Part shown: piece after piece, positions 62,556 through 64,000 of the stretch | Layout of the letters: the number at the start of each line of letters is the position of its first letter | How positions within the stretch are numbered: position 1 is the first letter of the stretch | Origin: an uncultured Planctomycetota bacterium | GTDB taxonomy: Bacteria > Planctomycetota > Phycisphaerae > Tepidisphaerales > Tepidisphaeraceae | Length of the DNA: 64,000 bases | NCBI GenBank assembly: GCA_963841915.1 | Contig: CAWJEN010000005.1 | Location: forward strand, 800,001 to 864,000 | Direction: 5' to 3' | Notes under the pieces: generated by a model | Databases searched by the model: none | Seen by the model: the letters and a program-made list of their open reading frames with translations, nothing else | Told to the model about the DNA's origin: nothing | Made by a program: the position numbers and the translations under genes

Positions 62556-62792
62556 GTGAGCGACCAGCCGCAAACTTCCACCTCAAACGCCCTCATCCAC
62601 CTCACCGTCAACGGTGAGCCGTGCGAGGTCGCGGCCGGCACGTCGGTCACGATGCTACTGGCAAAGGCCGGCCTCAAGCCGCGGCAGGTCGCCGTCGAGG
62701 TCAACAAACGCCTCCGCCGCGGCGACCGATACGACGACCGGCTGGTCGACGGTGATCGCATTGAAGTCGTCACCTTCGTCGGCGGCGGGTGA
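62556..62792 (+). CDS. thiS: Sulfur carrier protein ThiS
   Basis: VNGE, VAVEVN and DGDRIEVVTFVGGG. Confidence 0.92.
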   Translation: MSDQPQTSTSNALIHLTVNGEPCEVAAGTSVTMLLAKAGLKPRQVAVEVNKRLRRGDRYDDRLVDGDRIEVVTFVGGG

Positions 62793-63095
62793 GCGACCTG
62801 AGAAGCCTCCCGATGCACGTGCGGCGAAGCTCAACGCCAAGATCAGGGCTTCAGCCATCGCCGTTCTCCTTCACGCGTCGCTCTTTTGCATCATCGTCTT
62901 CGACCCAAATGCCTTCGATGTCCACGAAGTGATGTGTCACCGACTGGTAGACCACACAATGCTTCACCGTAAATCGATCAACACTTGTCGCTTTGTTGCA
63001 GCCGCTGGCTGATGCTGGTAGCTTTGTCGACAACGGGGGCGACAGGTACGTGAAGCCCCCGAGAACCTCTATGAACTCTCTCGGTCGATCTTCTC

Positions 63096-63779
63096 ATGCA
63101 TCTCGCTCATCGCCTCATTGCTCTCTCATCCGTCCTTTCCGTCGGCGGCTCGATTCTGCTCGTCACCGGCTGCGAGACGCTCGAAGATCTAACGCCGACC
63201 CAAGCCAAAGAGTGGATCGACCGCAAAGATGTTCAGTCGTCGCTGGGTGAATTGCGTGGCAAGCAGGCCGAATCGAAGGCCGAGGTGCAAGACACCTATG
63301 CCGCCCTGCAGGCGATGGCGGACGCGCCGGCCGAGGAGGCCGAGGTCTACTACGCCCAGTACAACGAAGCGTCGGCCGAGCTTCGCAGCCACATCAACGG
63401 CTACGCCGAGCTCATCAATGATGTTGAAACAGACATCGATGCCGAGGTCAGCAAGATGATGGCCAAGATCGAGCGTGAAACCAATGTCGCCGCCCGCAAG
63501 ATGACCGAGCGAAACGTCGAATCGCTGCGCGACAGCTCGGACTCGCTGTTCGATCAGAGTCGACAGATCACCGCACGTCTTGTGCCGCTCGCTGACCAAC
63601 TGGACGCTCAGGCTCGTGAGGTTCACCAGAGCCTTGTCTCCGGCACGAGCGGCACGGCCAACACCAACCTTTCGGCGGTCAAGAATGAAGTCGACAAGCT
63701 CATCGCCGAGTTCGATGAAGGCGCAGACGATCTCGAAGAAGTCGTCGACGAGGTGACGAACGACGGTCAGACCCAGTAG
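63096..63779 (+). CDS. Coiled-coil lipoprotein, hypothetical
   Basis: Lipobox VTGC followed by an acidic helical body. Confidence 0.75.
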   Translation: MHLAHRLIALSSVLSVGGSILLVTGCETLEDLTPTQAKEWIDRKDVQSSLGELRGKQAESKAEVQDTYAALQAMADAPAEEAEVYYAQYNEASAELRSHINGYAELINDVETDIDAEVSKMMAKIERETNVAARKMTERNVESLRDSSDSLFDQSRQITARLVPLADQLDAQAREVHQSLVSGTSGTANTNLSAVKNEVDKLIAEFDEGADDLEEVVDEVTNDGQTQ

Positions 63780-63818
63780 CGTCCGCGAACTCGGCCGCCT
63801 TCGTCTCTACCGTCGGGC

Positions 63819-64000
63819 ATGCCTGACCCCAAGCCGCTGACGATCGGCGACGTGACGCTCGACGCTCTCGAGCACCGACTGTTCGCCGGGACCGGCAAAT
63901 ACGCCGACCCGCAGACGATGGCCAACGCCCTCGACGCGTCGGGCTGTCGCGTCGTCACGGTGGCCGTCCGTCGCGAACGCCTCATCGGGGCCGACGGCAA
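63819..64000 (+). CDS. thiG: Thiazole synthase (5' partial)
   Basis: MPDPKPLTIG...HRLFAGTGKY...ALDASGCRVVTVAVRRE. Confidence 0.9.
   Translation, partial: MPDPKPLTIGDVTLDALEHRLFAGTGKYADPQTMANALDASGCRVVTVAVRRERLIGADG

Noticed and set aside
62793..63095. TPP riboswitch near the thi genes
   Set aside because: The conserved CTGAGA...ACCTGA arrangement could not be found.

Overview
High-GC bacterial chromosome segment. Gene content and protein style suggest Planctomycetota, probably Phycisphaerae (inference). It is probably origin-proximal, since it has an orphan parB and 11 parS-type palindromes (9 perfect TGTTCCACGTGGAACA) in two clusters. Most genes are housekeeping: rsfS, gpsA, prfA, leuA, uvsE, alkA, yggS, purH, parB, nuoD, fabF-like, argH, two peptide ABC modules, nuoE, mreBC, thiS and thiG. 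Main observations: (1) an intact three-gene phage-head module (SPP1-type portal, small putative scaffold, DUF5309/SU10-type major capsid) with no terminase, tail, lysis or integrase gene recognisable in the window, a candidate domesticated capsid or GTA-like system; (2) several families of REP/REPIN-like hairpins with no transposase, one read in frame inside an amidohydrolase gene; (3) bounded A/T-rich codon patches inside argH, purH and the amidohydrolase; (4) a Leu-rich leader peptide and attenuator ahead of leuA; (5) a VapC45-like toxin gene lacking a stop codon. Several conserved genes carry single-base frameshifts, probably consensus errors. No rRNA, tRNA or CRISPR array was seen. All family calls come from motif recognition by eye; no database search was run.
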